The notes below the pieces were generated by a model. The model was not told the origin of the DNA. It worked only from the letters and a program-made list of their open reading frames with translations, and did not search any database. From assembly GCA_943787795.1 (NCBI GenBank), contig CALSNU010000006.1:32001-96000 (forward strand): DNA of 64,000 bases, read 5' to 3'. This document shows positions 30,206-40,080 of the stretch, one piece after another. Position numbers and translations under genes: made by a program. This DNA comes from an uncultured bacterium (GTDB lineage Bacteria; Planctomycetota; UBA1135; GCA-002686595). Within the stretch, counting starts at the first letter, position 1, and every line of letters starts with the position of its first letter.

Positions 30206-32099
30206 TTACCCGTCGCTCTCCTCGGGTGTTCCCCCAGTCCCCCGCACTTCGATCTGATGCGGGCCGCGCGGCTCGCCGCTCTCGAGGTCGAGGGTCACCC
30301 TCAGCGAGCACGGCGTCTGCGCGGGCAGGCCTCGAATGACCCCTTCAAGGGTCCTGCCGGGGGCCCCTGCCGCCGTCCAGCGCTCCTCGAGAAGGGGCTC
30401 GCCACCTTCGGCAGTGAAGACCAGGGACGCACCGGTGATCCGCTTCCCGCGGGGCGCGGTGAGGGTCATCGCGAGGTCAGCGGGCTCGTCGAGGGTCACA
30501 CGCCACCGGCCGTTCTTGCCCCAGCCCCGGCGCTCCTCGGCCTCCGGCCTCCAGTCCTGAATGGTGAGGACGACTGGCTCGCCCCCGAGCGTGATGTGGG
30601 GCGGAGCATAGGCCCGCACGCGGTCGGCGTGAGGGGCGTCTCGCGAGCCTGCGCCCACGACCTCGTCGAACCACCGGTCATAGGTGCCGGAGAGCGCTTG
30701 CAGGACTTCGGGGCGCTGACCGGAGAGGTCCTGCTGCTCGTAGGGATCGGCGGCGAGGTCGTAGAGCTCGGGGTCCCAGGCCGGAGGCACCTCGAGCTCG
30801 TCCCATGGGCGGGTCGCCTGGACGAGCTTGTGGTTCCCGAGGCGCACGAAGGCATGGTGGCGATGCAGCGGCGCGTCCCCCCGATGCCACTGGATCACCA
30901 GAGGGCGCGCGGCCGAGGCTTCGGCCGCGCCCGGTTCGTCCCTGAGGAGCGCGAGGGCCGAGATGCCGTCCAGGTCCTCCGGCGCCTCGTTGAGCGCGCC
31001 GCAGGCCTCAAGGACCGTGGGAAAGAGGTCCACGTGAGCTGCGTATCCCTCCGTACGGATGCCAGGTTCCAGGGTGCCTGGCCAGCGAGCAAAGAGCGGG
31101 CTGCGAACGCCTCCCTCGTAGACGCTCCCCTTGGCGCTGCGAAGACCTTGGTTGTAGCGCCGCCCCTGGGGACCGTTATCGCAGAGGAAGAGCAGCAGGG
31201 TGTTGTCCGCGAGCTCAGCGTCCTCGAGGAAGCGACTCAGCTGGCCCATGTTGACGTCGATGTTCTCGATCATCGCGTAGAGCCGGGCGAGCTTGTCCTC
31301 GTCTTTGAACGTCGCCTGGCGACCGGGCTCGCTGGCGAAGCGCTCGGGGCCAAGCTCCATCGCCGCATACTTGGAACGCAGCTCCTCGGGGACGTCATGC
31401 AGGGGCGTGTGCGGCGCGTTGGGCGTGATCACGCAGAGGAACGGGCGGCCGGCGTCGCTGCACGCCGCCATCCACCGCTCGGCCTCCTGGAAGTAGATGT
31501 CGGTGCAATACCCCTCGAAGCTCTCGGGCGCCCCGTCGTTCATCAGGACCGGGTCGGTGTAGCGGCCCTCGGCGCCAAGGGGATCCGAGGGTTGGCCAAT
31601 TCCGCCGCCCCGATGCACGACGCTGCGGCGAAAGCCCTGGTCCATCGGGCGCATGGGGGGCGCGTCGCCGAGGTGCCACTTGCCGAAGAGGCCGGTCTCC
31701 CAGCCCGCCGCCCCGAGGGCCTCGGCGAGGGTAACCTCCTCGGGCCGCATCATCGCCCGTCCGCGATAGGTGTCGATGGCCCCTGTTCTTTGGGGCTGGC
31801 GTCCGGTCATCAGCGCCGCCCGCGTCGGTGTGCAGACGGGGTGTACGTAGAAGTGCCGTAGCTGGACGCTCTCGCTTGCGAGTTGATCGAGGTGCGGTGT
31901 CTGCAGGGCAGGGTTGCCGTGGAGGGAGAGGTCGCCCCAGCCCTGGTCGTCGGTCATCACGAGGATGACGTTGAGCGCGTCGGCTGGAGCGTGGGCGGGC
32001 GGGGCCGGTCCGGTCGCGCCGCAGGCGGTGAGGCCCACGCTGAGCAGGAGGGTGAAGCGTGAGCGTGGGGCGGCCCGTGCCGTGGGGTTGAGGGGTCAT
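30206..32099 (-). CDS. Arylsulfatase (lipoprotein); ATG at 32099/32102 is one base out of frame with the signal peptide
   Basis: NVILVMTDDQG, CTPTRAALMTGR, GKWHLG and DNG. The in-frame upstream sequence RSRFTLLLSVGLTAC is a lipoprotein signal with no in-frame ATG. Confidence 0.85.
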
Positions 32100-32563
32100 C
32101 ATCGTGGTTGTTCCTGGGGGGCGAGGGCGCGCGCAGCCTCCACGGCAGCGCGCAGCTCCTGGGGCATCCTGGTCCCCACGCGAAACCGCTTGCCGCCGAC
32201 CAGGTCGAGCTCCACGGCGCCGAGGCCGTCGAGGTTCCACATCCACCCGAACGGGGTGAGGCGGATCCCGAACCCGTACCACCAGCGATTGCGCACGACC
32301 CGCTGGTCGAGGATGCGCTCCAGCGCGATCGTTCTCCGGGGCCAGCCGGAGCCGTAGAACACGTGGACGCCCCGGTCTCCCACCGCGACGGTCAGGGATC
32401 GAAAGACGAATCCCAGGCCGAAGGTCGCGGCGGAGATGCCGGCGGCGGCCCCGCTGGCTCGGCCGACCAAGGCGAAGCAGAGAACGAGGGCCACAAGGAA
32501 GATCGCCTTGAGCCAGAGCCCCGCGGGCTGGGTGTCCCTGAAGGACTTGGAGGTGGGCTGCAT
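32099..32563 (-). CDS. Two-TM membrane protein with bacterial PH-like C-terminal domain
   Basis: Two hydrophobic helices, then WWYGFGIR...AVELDL..GKRFRVGT..PQEL. Confidence 0.7.
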   Translation of the reverse strand: MQPTSKSFRDTQPAGLWLKAIFLVALVLCFALVGRASGAAAGISAATFGLGFVFRSLTVAVGDRGVHVFYGSGWPRRTIALERILDQRVVRNRWWYGFGIRLTPFGWMWNLDGLGAVELDLVGGKRFRVGTRMPQELRAAVEAARALAPQEQPR

Positions 32564-32812
32564 GCGGTCGAGCCTAGCAGCACGGAGCCCGATTCGTCCC
32601 CGGGGTGGGGGCAGGTGGCGCTGCCCTCGCGGGCTTCGCTTCAGGCAGCGCCGAGGGGGCTCTCGATCCCGGCGACGCGGCCAGGCCATTGAGCGCGACC
32701 TGACGTGCTGCGAGGGGTGGGGCGGATGAAACCGCCTACGGGGTCGTTCGTCGAGGTCGCAGAGGCGTCGGCTGTTCGGCGCCCACACAGGATTCATCGA
32801 GGAGGTACGAGG

Positions 32813-33790
32813 ATGGCGAGCATGTTTGGAGCGGGGCTGAGGCTGGCCCCTGTGGTTGCAGTGATTGCAGCGCTGGTGACGGTGGGGTGTCGCGGTACCG
32901 AGGAGGGCAAGATCGGGATCTCCGTCGTCAAGAATGTGCCGGGGATCGGGCCGGTGGAGTTGGGCTTCAAGGGCGGCTGGAAGGCGGAGTTTGGCAACGA
33001 GGAGTTGTGTGGTTGCGTCATCTTCCTGGGGCCGGATGGGAATCCCCTCAAGGGTGCGGCGGTCGGTGAGATCAAGAACGGCCGGGGGGGCGGTCCGATT
33101 CCCGAGGGGGCGACCGGCTGGCGAGCACTCGTCACGGACGAGGACTGCGACCGCTTGGACTGCTCCACCGCTCCCGGGCTGCTGGGGGCGCCGGGTGCCT
33201 CCCTGTCGGGAGCTGCTGCGTGGCTGGCGGCGCCAACGGGACCTCAGAAGCACTATGTCCTCCTCAGCTCACGCCTCCTTGACGACGATGCCCTGGTCCG
33301 GGTTTCGGACCTTGGGACCTGGCAGCGGGCCTCTTTCCAGGACATGAGCGCGACGGTGATCGCTCCCGACGGAGTCCTCGCCTGGTCGCTCCTGGAGCTC
33401 TGCCTTGACGCAGGGCCCGCCGCGGCTCTCTCTGCAAGTCAGCGGGCGGTCCTGAGCGACCGAGTGACCGTCCATGAGGCCCTCCGGATTGGCTTGGACG
33501 GTCCCGCGCAGGCGCCTGTCGGGTTCGTAGGTGAGGTGGTCCGGACCGGCGGTGTGTTCGGAGCCCAGGTTCTGGTCAATGGCCACAGGGCGTTCTCCGG
33601 GGTCTCCGGATCCACGGGGCTCCCTGGAGCGCTGCCGACGGCCTCATTCGACGTTGAGCTTGGCCTGGTGGACTTCGACCCGTTCCTGGCACGGCGGTCG
33701 GTCAATGAGATGACGGTCCGCTGCAAGGATGCCGGGCAACTGATGTCCACGAGCCGCTTGAAGGTGACCTTTGAGCCAACGGATGGGTAG
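32813..33790 (+). CDS. Hypothetical lipoprotein
   Basis: GGAGG upstream of the ATG; lipobox VTVGC; non-repetitive globular-looking sequence. No family recognised. Confidence 0.65.
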   Translation: MASMFGAGLRLAPVVAVIAALVTVGCRGTEEGKIGISVVKNVPGIGPVELGFKGGWKAEFGNEELCGCVIFLGPDGNPLKGAAVGEIKNGRGGGPIPEGATGWRALVTDEDCDRLDCSTAPGLLGAPGASLSGAAAWLAAPTGPQKHYVLLSSRLLDDDALVRVSDLGTWQRASFQDMSATVIAPDGVLAWSLLELCLDAGPAAALSASQRAVLSDRVTVHEALRIGLDGPAQAPVGFVGEVVRTGGVFGAQVLVNGHRAFSGVSGSTGLPGALPTASFDVELGLVDFDPFLARRSVNEMTVRCKDAGQLMSTSRLKVTFEPTDG

Positions 33791-34325
33791 AAGGGCTCAT
33801 TGGCTGCTGGCGGCGGGGGTGGCAGTCCTCGCCGCCGGCTGTTCTTCCGACCTCGCCTGGTTGGAGCCGTCGATACCGCTGGTCGAGTCCATGGACTCCC
33901 AGGTGGCGTGGGCCCACGGTGTGGAGCCCTTGGGGAAGATCCAGATCAGCCTGATGGAGCCGTGTCCCACCCGGATGGCGAAGGCCATCAAGCCTGGGTT
34001 GATCCTGTTGAGCCCCAGGCTCCAGTTGATGCCACGGAGCGTGACGCTCTGGGCGGTGACCCATGAGCTGGCTCACCTCTACGGGACTCGACTTGATCTC
34101 CCCTGGCCCGTCTCCATCTTCCGGCTCCCCCTTGAGGAGGTGCGGGTGGAACTTCTCACCGGGGATCTGCTCCCTTACCTGGAGCCCGCCGCTCGGCGGG
34201 TTCGGTTTGGCCTGGTGCGCTGGATGGTCGACCAGGTTCACGCGGCGCGGGGTGCTCAGCCGATCAAGCCGTTGAGGGCCGGCTCGCGTCCCCTGCGCTC
34301 TCTTTGGAGCTCCGAGCGTCCCTGA
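33783..34325 (+). CDS. Small lipoprotein with HExxH motif (putative zinc metallopeptidase)
   Basis: Lipobox LAAGC; WAVTHELAH followed by EEVR; start overlaps the upstream gene's 3' end. Confidence 0.55.
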   Translation: MGRRAHWLLAAGVAVLAAGCSSDLAWLEPSIPLVESMDSQVAWAHGVEPLGKIQISLMEPCPTRMAKAIKPGLILLSPRLQLMPRSVTLWAVTHELAHLYGTRLDLPWPVSIFRLPLEEVRVELLTGDLLPYLEPAARRVRFGLVRWMVDQVHAARGAQPIKPLRAGSRPLRSLWSSERP

Positions 34326-34620
34326 GCACCCTCTCCAACTCATTGAGGTATCTCATGAAGGAGCGCCTGCCATGGGCAGAGAGGGTCAGGTGTGTATTCG
34401 AGCCGCGACCACTGCCCGTGCGCCTGGCCTTGAGCAGGTTGGCCTCCTCGAGGACCTTGATGTGTCGACTGAGGTTTCCGTCGGTCAGGCCGCACAGGGA
34501 GCGGAGCTCGGAGAATGATCGACCTGCGCTCTCGCTGGAGAGGGCCGTCAGGATCGACAGCCGCGCTCGCTCGTGGAGGAGGCGGTCAAGGCCGTCGTAG
34601 CTGTAGTCGCGGTCAGTCAT
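34264..34620 (-). CDS. Winged-helix transcriptional regulator (HTH_34-like)
   Basis: LDRLLHERARLSILTAL...FSELR..CGLTDGNLSRHIKVLEEA. Confidence 0.9.
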   Translation of the reverse strand: MTDRDYSYDGLDRLLHERARLSILTALSSESAGRSFSELRSLCGLTDGNLSRHIKVLEEANLLKARRTGSGRGSNTHLTLSAHGRRSFMRYLNELERVLRDARSSKESAGDASRPSTA

Positions 34621-35250
34621 CGAGGGTGCTCGGTCGGTTTGAGGTGGAGCGCTCGTCGTGGGCCGGAGCGACCTGTATCTCTCGCAGGATCGCCGCCGCG
34701 ACCAGCTGCCCTCCGCAGAACGTCAGGCCCATCGGCCACGGGGAGCTTAGGCCCACGTGGGCAGCGTGGGCCATCACGCCACCTGCCGCGACGTAGAAGA
34801 GCCCGAGGAGCCGGATATGCCCCGGGAGGTACGGTGCGGAGGACAGCAGCCCGACGCCGAAGAGCATGGTCCAAATCCCCGGCAGGAGCTCCGCTTGGCC
34901 CCAGAGTAGGGGAGCGATGGCGACGCCAACGCCAAGGGCGGGCACGAGCTGCTGGGTGGCGAGCTTCGCCGATGGCCGCGGGAGCGTTCGCCATCGAAGG
35001 CCGAGGTCGACGAGTGAGGCGAGGGCACAGACGAAGGCGACCCCGAGCCAGATCAGCGCGTGGGTCTGGGGCCCGATGGCCTCCCAAGCCGCCCACTCGG
35101 CAGCTGCCGTGCCGAACGCCAACGCTGCCTGCCCCACGGCGATCTCGGCGCGGTAGCCCCTGAAGAAGGAGGATCGGGCGACCTGGGCGTGGATATCCGC
35201 CACCCGCCGAAGGGCGTCCTCCACCTCGAACTCGGAGCTCCCTCCCATGG
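34613..35250 (-). CDS. Multi-pass membrane protein paired with the wHTH regulator
   Basis: EDALRRVADIHAQVARS..FRGY, about six hydrophobic segments, LPGIW and PWPMGLTF. Confidence 0.75.
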
Positions 35251-35482
35251 TGAGCACGTTCACGGTTCGACGTGGAAGTGTCAAGGGTCCGGAGCCGGGG
35301 CGGCGCGATGTCCCTGACGGCCATGTCCGGTTTCGAGTCCCGGGGACCGGGTGGGCGTCGATGAAGCAGGGCCCCCTCTTCCACGGCCAGCAGGCGAGGC
35401 CCTGACTCTCGAAGGTCGAGCGCTGCGGGGCTCCATGATCGCGGCGCGCAGGTGAACCGGCCTCCTCAGGCGCTGCGGTCCA

Positions 35483-36943
35483 TCAACGGTCGAGCTCGCC
35501 GGACCCGGCCTGCGATGGAGCCTGCGCTGGAGCCCCCGCTGGAGCCCCCGCTGGAGCCCCCGCTGGAGCCTGCCGGTCTCCGGTCTGCTGCGCACCCGCC
35601 CGTCTAGCGCCCGGTGGGGCTCCGCCCAGGAAGACGCCCACGAGCTCCCGGTCGCCGCGCAGGACGAGGGTGCCGTTCCACCCGGCGATCCTTCCCCACA
35701 TGCGCTTGCGCTCCTTGGGCGGGCTCTCGAAGACGTTGGCGGTGACCACCTGTTGGTAGCGATCAGGAGAGGCGACGCAGAGGCGGAGGATGCCGCTCAT
35801 GCCGTCCTGGATCAGCAGGTAGGGGCCCACCTGGATCATGTGTCCGCGTCCGAAGTAGGGGTCGCGCCCCGTGGACCATTGCTCCTCGCCCTCGAGATCA
35901 AAGCAGCGCAGCCCACCCTGTCCGCGCCGGAGACGGGAGACGTTGGTGTTCTCGTTGGCGAGGAGGTAGATGTGCTCACCGACGACCACGGGTGGGTGAA
36001 GCTGGGACCCCTTCTCGATGTGGAAGTCCTCGGAGACCTGGAACTCCCCTGCGTTCGAGCGTCCGAGGTTCATCAGGGTCGTGCCCCCCGCGTAGCCCCC
36101 CGTGATCACGAAGCGGGTCTCGTCCACGGCGACGGGCGGCGGCACTGGCACGTTGGTGAGCAGCGTCTGGCGCTGCCATCGAAGGGTGCCGGTGCGCGGG
36201 TTAAAGGCGCTGATGAGGACCGGCGCCGGGGAGTTCTCACCTGCGCCCTGGGCGTCGCAGGAGATGAACAGGAGAAACTCCTCGCCGCGCAGCGTCATCA
36301 GCACGGGTTGTGACTGGCTGGTGCCGACGCCGGGGGTCCTCCAGCGCACCTCGCCTGTGCCCTGGTCGAGCGCGACGAGCCCGGTCGACTCCCCGAGCGC
36401 TGGCAGGATGACCAGGTCGCCGGAAAGCAGCGGGTCGGCGGAGTACCCGAAGTCGGGCATCTCGCCGCCGAGGTCGTCGACCAGGTGCCGCCTCCATGTG
36501 GCGGTACGCGTGGCGCGGTCCACGCAGTGCACCGTCCCGAAGCCGCTACACAGGAACACCGACCGCTCGCTGACGGCGGGGGCGGTCCGCGACCCTGCGG
36601 ATTGGAGCCGCCCGGGCTCGGGATAGGTGAACGTCCACAAGGGGGCTCCGTCCAGGATGTCGATCACGCGCAGGGTCTCCCCGACACCGATCTCGCGGTC
36701 CAGCACATAAGCCTCTCGATCGAAGACCACCGCGCTGCCATATCCGGGCTCCAGGGGGACGCTCCAGGCGGCGGAGAGGTCGGCGCTGGCGCGTCCGTAA
36801 CCCTCCGTCAACGACTGGTCTTCCACGTAGTCCGCTTCAGGCGGTGCCAGGAACTCGAGGATCTCCCGCCGGTGCGGCCAGGCCAGGCTGATTCCGAGGA
36901 TCGAGAGCGCCAGGAGCGCGAGGGTTCGTCGTCGAGCGATCAT
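35483..36943 (-). CDS. PQQ-binding-like (BamB-like) beta-propeller protein
   Basis: N-terminal anchor; ALDQGTGEVRW, AFNPRTGTLRW and CFDLEGEEQW repeats; C-terminal PAGA repeats. Confidence 0.85.
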   Translation of the reverse strand: MIARRRTLALLALSILGISLAWPHRREILEFLAPPEADYVEDQSLTEGYGRASADLSAAWSVPLEPGYGSAVVFDREAYVLDREIGVGETLRVIDILDGAPLWTFTYPEPGRLQSAGSRTAPAVSERSVFLCSGFGTVHCVDRATRTATWRRHLVDDLGGEMPDFGYSADPLLSGDLVILPALGESTGLVALDQGTGEVRWRTPGVGTSQSQPVLMTLRGEEFLLFISCDAQGAGENSPAPVLISAFNPRTGTLRWQRQTLLTNVPVPPPVAVDETRFVITGGYAGGTTLMNLGRSNAGEFQVSEDFHIEKGSQLHPPVVVGEHIYLLANENTNVSRLRRGQGGLRCFDLEGEEQWSTGRDPYFGRGHMIQVGPYLLIQDGMSGILRLCVASPDRYQQVVTANVFESPPKERKRMWGRIAGWNGTLVLRGDRELVGVFLGGAPPGARRAGAQQTGDRQAPAGAPAGAPAGAPAQAPSQAGSGELDR

Positions 36944-37150
36944 GAAGGTGCGGATTGGCCGGTGCCTATCGTAGACGGATCGCTCAACACGCCAAAGGCT
37001 GGGGCGACTTCCGGTGGGGGAGGTTCTGAAAGACGCCTGGGGGCGCCGGGTCGGGCGCGCGCGCTTTTGCATGGCTGGCTCTGAGATCGACGCTACGCTC
37101 GACGTGTACGAGAAGAGCCACTTGCCCCGTCGCAGCGCGACCGAATTTCC

Positions 37151-38462
37151 ATGAGACGAACCCTCTTCGCCGCCGTCTTCACGGCGCTCTCGGCCCTCCC
37201 GCTCTTCGCGAGCGGCGACTTCCCACGCGAGAACCCCAACCCCGCGAAGGAGGCGCTCGAGGGCCACGCTCCCCCCGAGCTCCAGGTGGACGGTTGGATG
37301 AACACCGGGGGCGCGCCAATGGACTGGGCCTCCCTCGAAGGGAAGGTCGTGGTCCTCGACTTCTGGGGCACCTGGTGAGGCCCCTGTCGTGGTGCGGTGC
37401 CGGGTCTGAAGGACCTGGCGGCGCGCTACGGGGACCAGGGTCTGGTCCTGATCGGGGTGCACACGGCGAACGGCGGCGAGCGGATGGCCGCCTTCGTCGA
37501 GGAGCAGGGGATCGACTACCCCGTAGCGATCGACCGCCCGGGGAAGCCCACGGTGAGCGCCTTCGCGGTGGACTCCTTTCCTGACTACTACGTGGTGGAT
37601 CGCGCGGGCAAGGTCCGGGTCGCGGACCTCCAGAACGGGGCGCTCGAAGCCACGGTCCAGGCGCTCCTCGCCGAGCCCGCGCCCGTCAACCCTTCCGGCG
37701 GAGTTGATCGAAGCCGCCGAGCGCGCGGTTCGCAAGGACAAGAGGCTGCTGGTGCTCTTCGGGAGTGACGGTGATCGGGCCGCCTTCAACAAGGTGTCGC
37801 GGCTTGATCGGGCTCTGCGCCGGGAGATCAGCAACGAGTACGAGGCGGTCTCCGCTCCCCTGGGCGGGTCGCTCGCAGCGGCGCTCGGCGTGACCGCAAC
37901 GGAGCCCACTGCCCTGGCGCTGGACGCTGGCGGCGTCCCCCTGGGATCCATCGCCATGGACGGGCTTGACCGGGAGCGCATGTGGGCCTTCGCGCGGGAG
38001 CACAAGGTGGCGAGCGCGGACGCGGAGGTGATCCTCGCAGGCGCCCTCGCCCAGGCGACTCAGCAGAAGAAGCGCGTCCTGGTTCACCTCGGCGCTCCCT
38101 GGTGAGGCTGGTGCTTCAAGCTCGAGGAGTTCCTCGGGCGCCAGGGGGTCAAGGATCCCATGGAGCGTGACTACGTCACGATCAAGATCGACGTGGAGCG
38201 GAACGCGAACGGCGCCGCCGTGGCCAAGCGCCTTCGCGGAGAGCGGAGCGGGGGCATCCCGTGGATGGTCATCCTTGACGCCGATGGGAAGGAGCTGGTC
38301 TCCAGCGACGCGCCCACCGGAAATATCGGCTGCCCGGTCCAGCCCGAGGAGGTGGCCTGGTTTGGTGAGATGGTTCAGCGGAGCAGCATTCGCCTGGGGG
38401 ATGACGACGTCGCGGGCATCCTGGTGGAGCTCGAGGCTTACGCGAAGACCCAGCGGCGCTGA
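37151..38462 (+). CDS. Candidate exported selenoprotein: TlpA-like UxxC domain + Cys-less thioredoxin-like domain + second UxxC thioredoxin domain; in-frame TGA at 37376-37378 and 38103-38105; frameshift near 37690
   Basis: GKVVVLDFWGTW-TGA-GPCRGAVP continues in frame to FPDYYVVDRAGKV. RVLVHLGAPW-TGA-GWCFKL continues in frame to GIPWMVILDADGK. N-terminal signal peptide. Confidence 0.88.
37382..37440 (+). promoter_or_regulatory. Candidate bacterial SECIS element after the first UGA
   Basis: Apical stem GCCGGGTC/TGAAG/GACCTGGC (37399-37419), extended by CGTGGTGCG pairing with CGCGCTACG. Folded by eye. Confidence 0.5.
38108..38144 (+). promoter_or_regulatory. Candidate bacterial SECIS element after the second UGA
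   Basis: Apical stem CTCGAGG/AGTT/CCTCGGG (38121-38138) with GU in the loop; lower stem CTGGTG pairing with CGCCAG. Confidence 0.55.
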
Positions 38463-38568
38463 GCTCGTGGGCAGGGGCGTCTCGCGGCTGGAGAGGCGGC
38501 GCGGGCCGCGGCACTGAAGGGCCCGGTGACGTCCGCTGGAGCTTCGGGGCGCGCGTGGAGGAGGCAAA

Positions 38569-38600
38569 CGGCGGAGCGGCGCTGAGGCGCCGCTCCGCCG
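38569..38600. terminator. Perfect 14-bp inverted repeat
   Basis: CGGCGGAGCGGCGC-TGAG-GCGCCGCTCCGCCG between the thioredoxin gene and the sulfatase. No U-tract. Confidence 0.45.
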
Positions 38601-38622
38601 CGGGCCCCTGTAGGCTCTGGGG

Positions 38623-40062
38623 ATGTTCAGTCTGATCTTCGCGGCGTGCATCGCCCCCGGCCTCGGCCCCTTGACCGCAGCGGCAGCGGCAGCGCCTCTG
38701 CCGGCGACGCGGATGGTCCAGGAGGACGGCACACCTGGGGCGACAGGGGGCCGGCCTCCCAGCCTTGTGGTGGTGCTCGCGGATGACCTCGGCTGGGGGG
38801 ACATCGGGTGTCAGGGGCAGGAGAAGATCCTGACGCCGTGGATCGACCGCATGGCGGCGGAGGGCATGCGCTTCTCCGCGGGCTACGCTGGCTCGACGGT
38901 CTGTGCGCCCAGCCGCTCGGTGCTCATGACGGGGATGCACGCCGGCCACACGCGGGTGCGCGGGAATCGTCGGGTCCCCTTGCGCGATGAGGACGTCACG
39001 GTGGCGGAGGTGCTCAAGGGCCAGGGCTATCGCACCGCCCTCTTCGGGAAGTGGGGGCTTGGCAACGCCGGGAGCAGCGGGCACCCGGTACGCCAGGGCT
39101 TCGAGCGCTTCTTTGGCTTCTCCGATCAGCTCCACGCCCACAACTCCTACCCGACGCACCTCTGGGACGGGGAGCAGCGAGTGGAGCTCTCGAACGTCGT
39201 CCCAGGCGAGGGGAAGTGGGGCCAGGGCAAGGCCAGTGAGCGTCATGACTGGGCCCCCGCGCGGATTCACCGGGAGGCCATGGGGTGGCTCCGCAGCATC
39301 TCGGATGACGAGCCCTTCTTCCTGTACCTCGCCAGCACGATCCCACACGCCAACAACGAGGCCGGGTCGGACGGCATGGAGGTGCCGGAGCTGGGGGTGT
39401 ACGCCGACCGGCCCTGGCCCAGGCGTCAGCGAGAGCACGCGGCGATGGTGTCTGCGCTCGATCGCCAGGTCGGCGAACTGCTCGAGACGCTCGCTTCAAT
39501 GGGGCGCGACGAGGACACGCTGGTGATCTTCCTCTCCGATAACGGACCCCACCGTGAGGGCGGTAACGACCCTGACTTCGCTGACTCCAACGGGCCCTAC
39601 CGTGGGATCAAGCGTGCCCTCACGGAGGGCGGGATCCGGGTGCCCTTCATCGCGCGTTGGCCAGGCACGGTCGAGGCTGGGGTCGTGAATGACAGCCCGG
39701 TGCACTTCCAGGATCTGTTCGCCACGGCTGGGGCGCTGGCCGGCGCCGAGGTGCCCGCGGGGCTCGACTCACGGGACCTCCTGCCCACGCTCAGGGGCGC
39801 CAGTCCACCGCCGTCGACGCCCCTGTACTGGGAGTTCCACGAGCGTGGTTCAGCCGAGGCCGTGCGCTTCGGAAGGTGGAAGGCGATCCGCTCGCCGATG
39901 CAGACGGGCTCCATTCGCCTCTTTGATCTCACGGACGACCCAGGTGAGGACCGAGACCTCGCCCTGGGGCCAGACTACACGGAGCGGGTGCAGGAGGCGG
40001 CGCGCTACATGGACGCCGCCCACCTCCCCTCAGCCGAGTTCAAGACCCCGGCTGAGCGCTGA
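38623..40062 (+). CDS. Arylsulfatase / GalNAc-6-sulfatase-like
   Basis: LADDLGWGD, CAPSRSVLMTG, GKWGLG, PHANNE, SDNG and EGGIRVP motifs. Confidence 0.92.
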   Translation: MFSLIFAACIAPGLGPLTAAAAAAPLPATRMVQEDGTPGATGGRPPSLVVVLADDLGWGDIGCQGQEKILTPWIDRMAAEGMRFSAGYAGSTVCAPSRSVLMTGMHAGHTRVRGNRRVPLRDEDVTVAEVLKGQGYRTALFGKWGLGNAGSSGHPVRQGFERFFGFSDQLHAHNSYPTHLWDGEQRVELSNVVPGEGKWGQGKASERHDWAPARIHREAMGWLRSISDDEPFFLYLASTIPHANNEAGSDGMEVPELGVYADRPWPRRQREHAAMVSALDRQVGELLETLASMGRDEDTLVIFLSDNGPHREGGNDPDFADSNGPYRGIKRALTEGGIRVPFIARWPGTVEAGVVNDSPVHFQDLFATAGALAGAEVPAGLDSRDLLPTLRGASPPPSTPLYWEFHERGSAEAVRFGRWKAIRSPMQTGSIRLFDLTDDPGEDRDLALGPDYTERVQEAARYMDAAHLPSAEFKTPAER

Positions 40063-40080
40063 CCCCACCGCGCTCGCTCC

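Noticed and set aside
32097..32102. Read-through fusion of the PH-like membrane gene into the sulfatase (same frame, TGA-TGA)
   Set aside because: There are two consecutive stops with no Cys-motif context, and the sulfatase has its own lipoprotein signal. An overlapping ATG plus a one-base error is simpler.
35483..38005. 840-aa ORF as called by the track
   Set aside because: Its first ~350 aa are antisense to the thioredoxin gene and the adjoining intergenic region. The real gene starts at 36943 (MIARRRTLALL).
37376..38105. Genome-wide UGA reassignment (Trp or Gly) or nonsense pseudogene as the explanation for the in-frame TGAs
   Set aside because: Many genes here end at TGA at their natural C-termini (sodC, asd, pstS), Trp is encoded by TGG, and both TGAs sit exactly at a redox Cys position.
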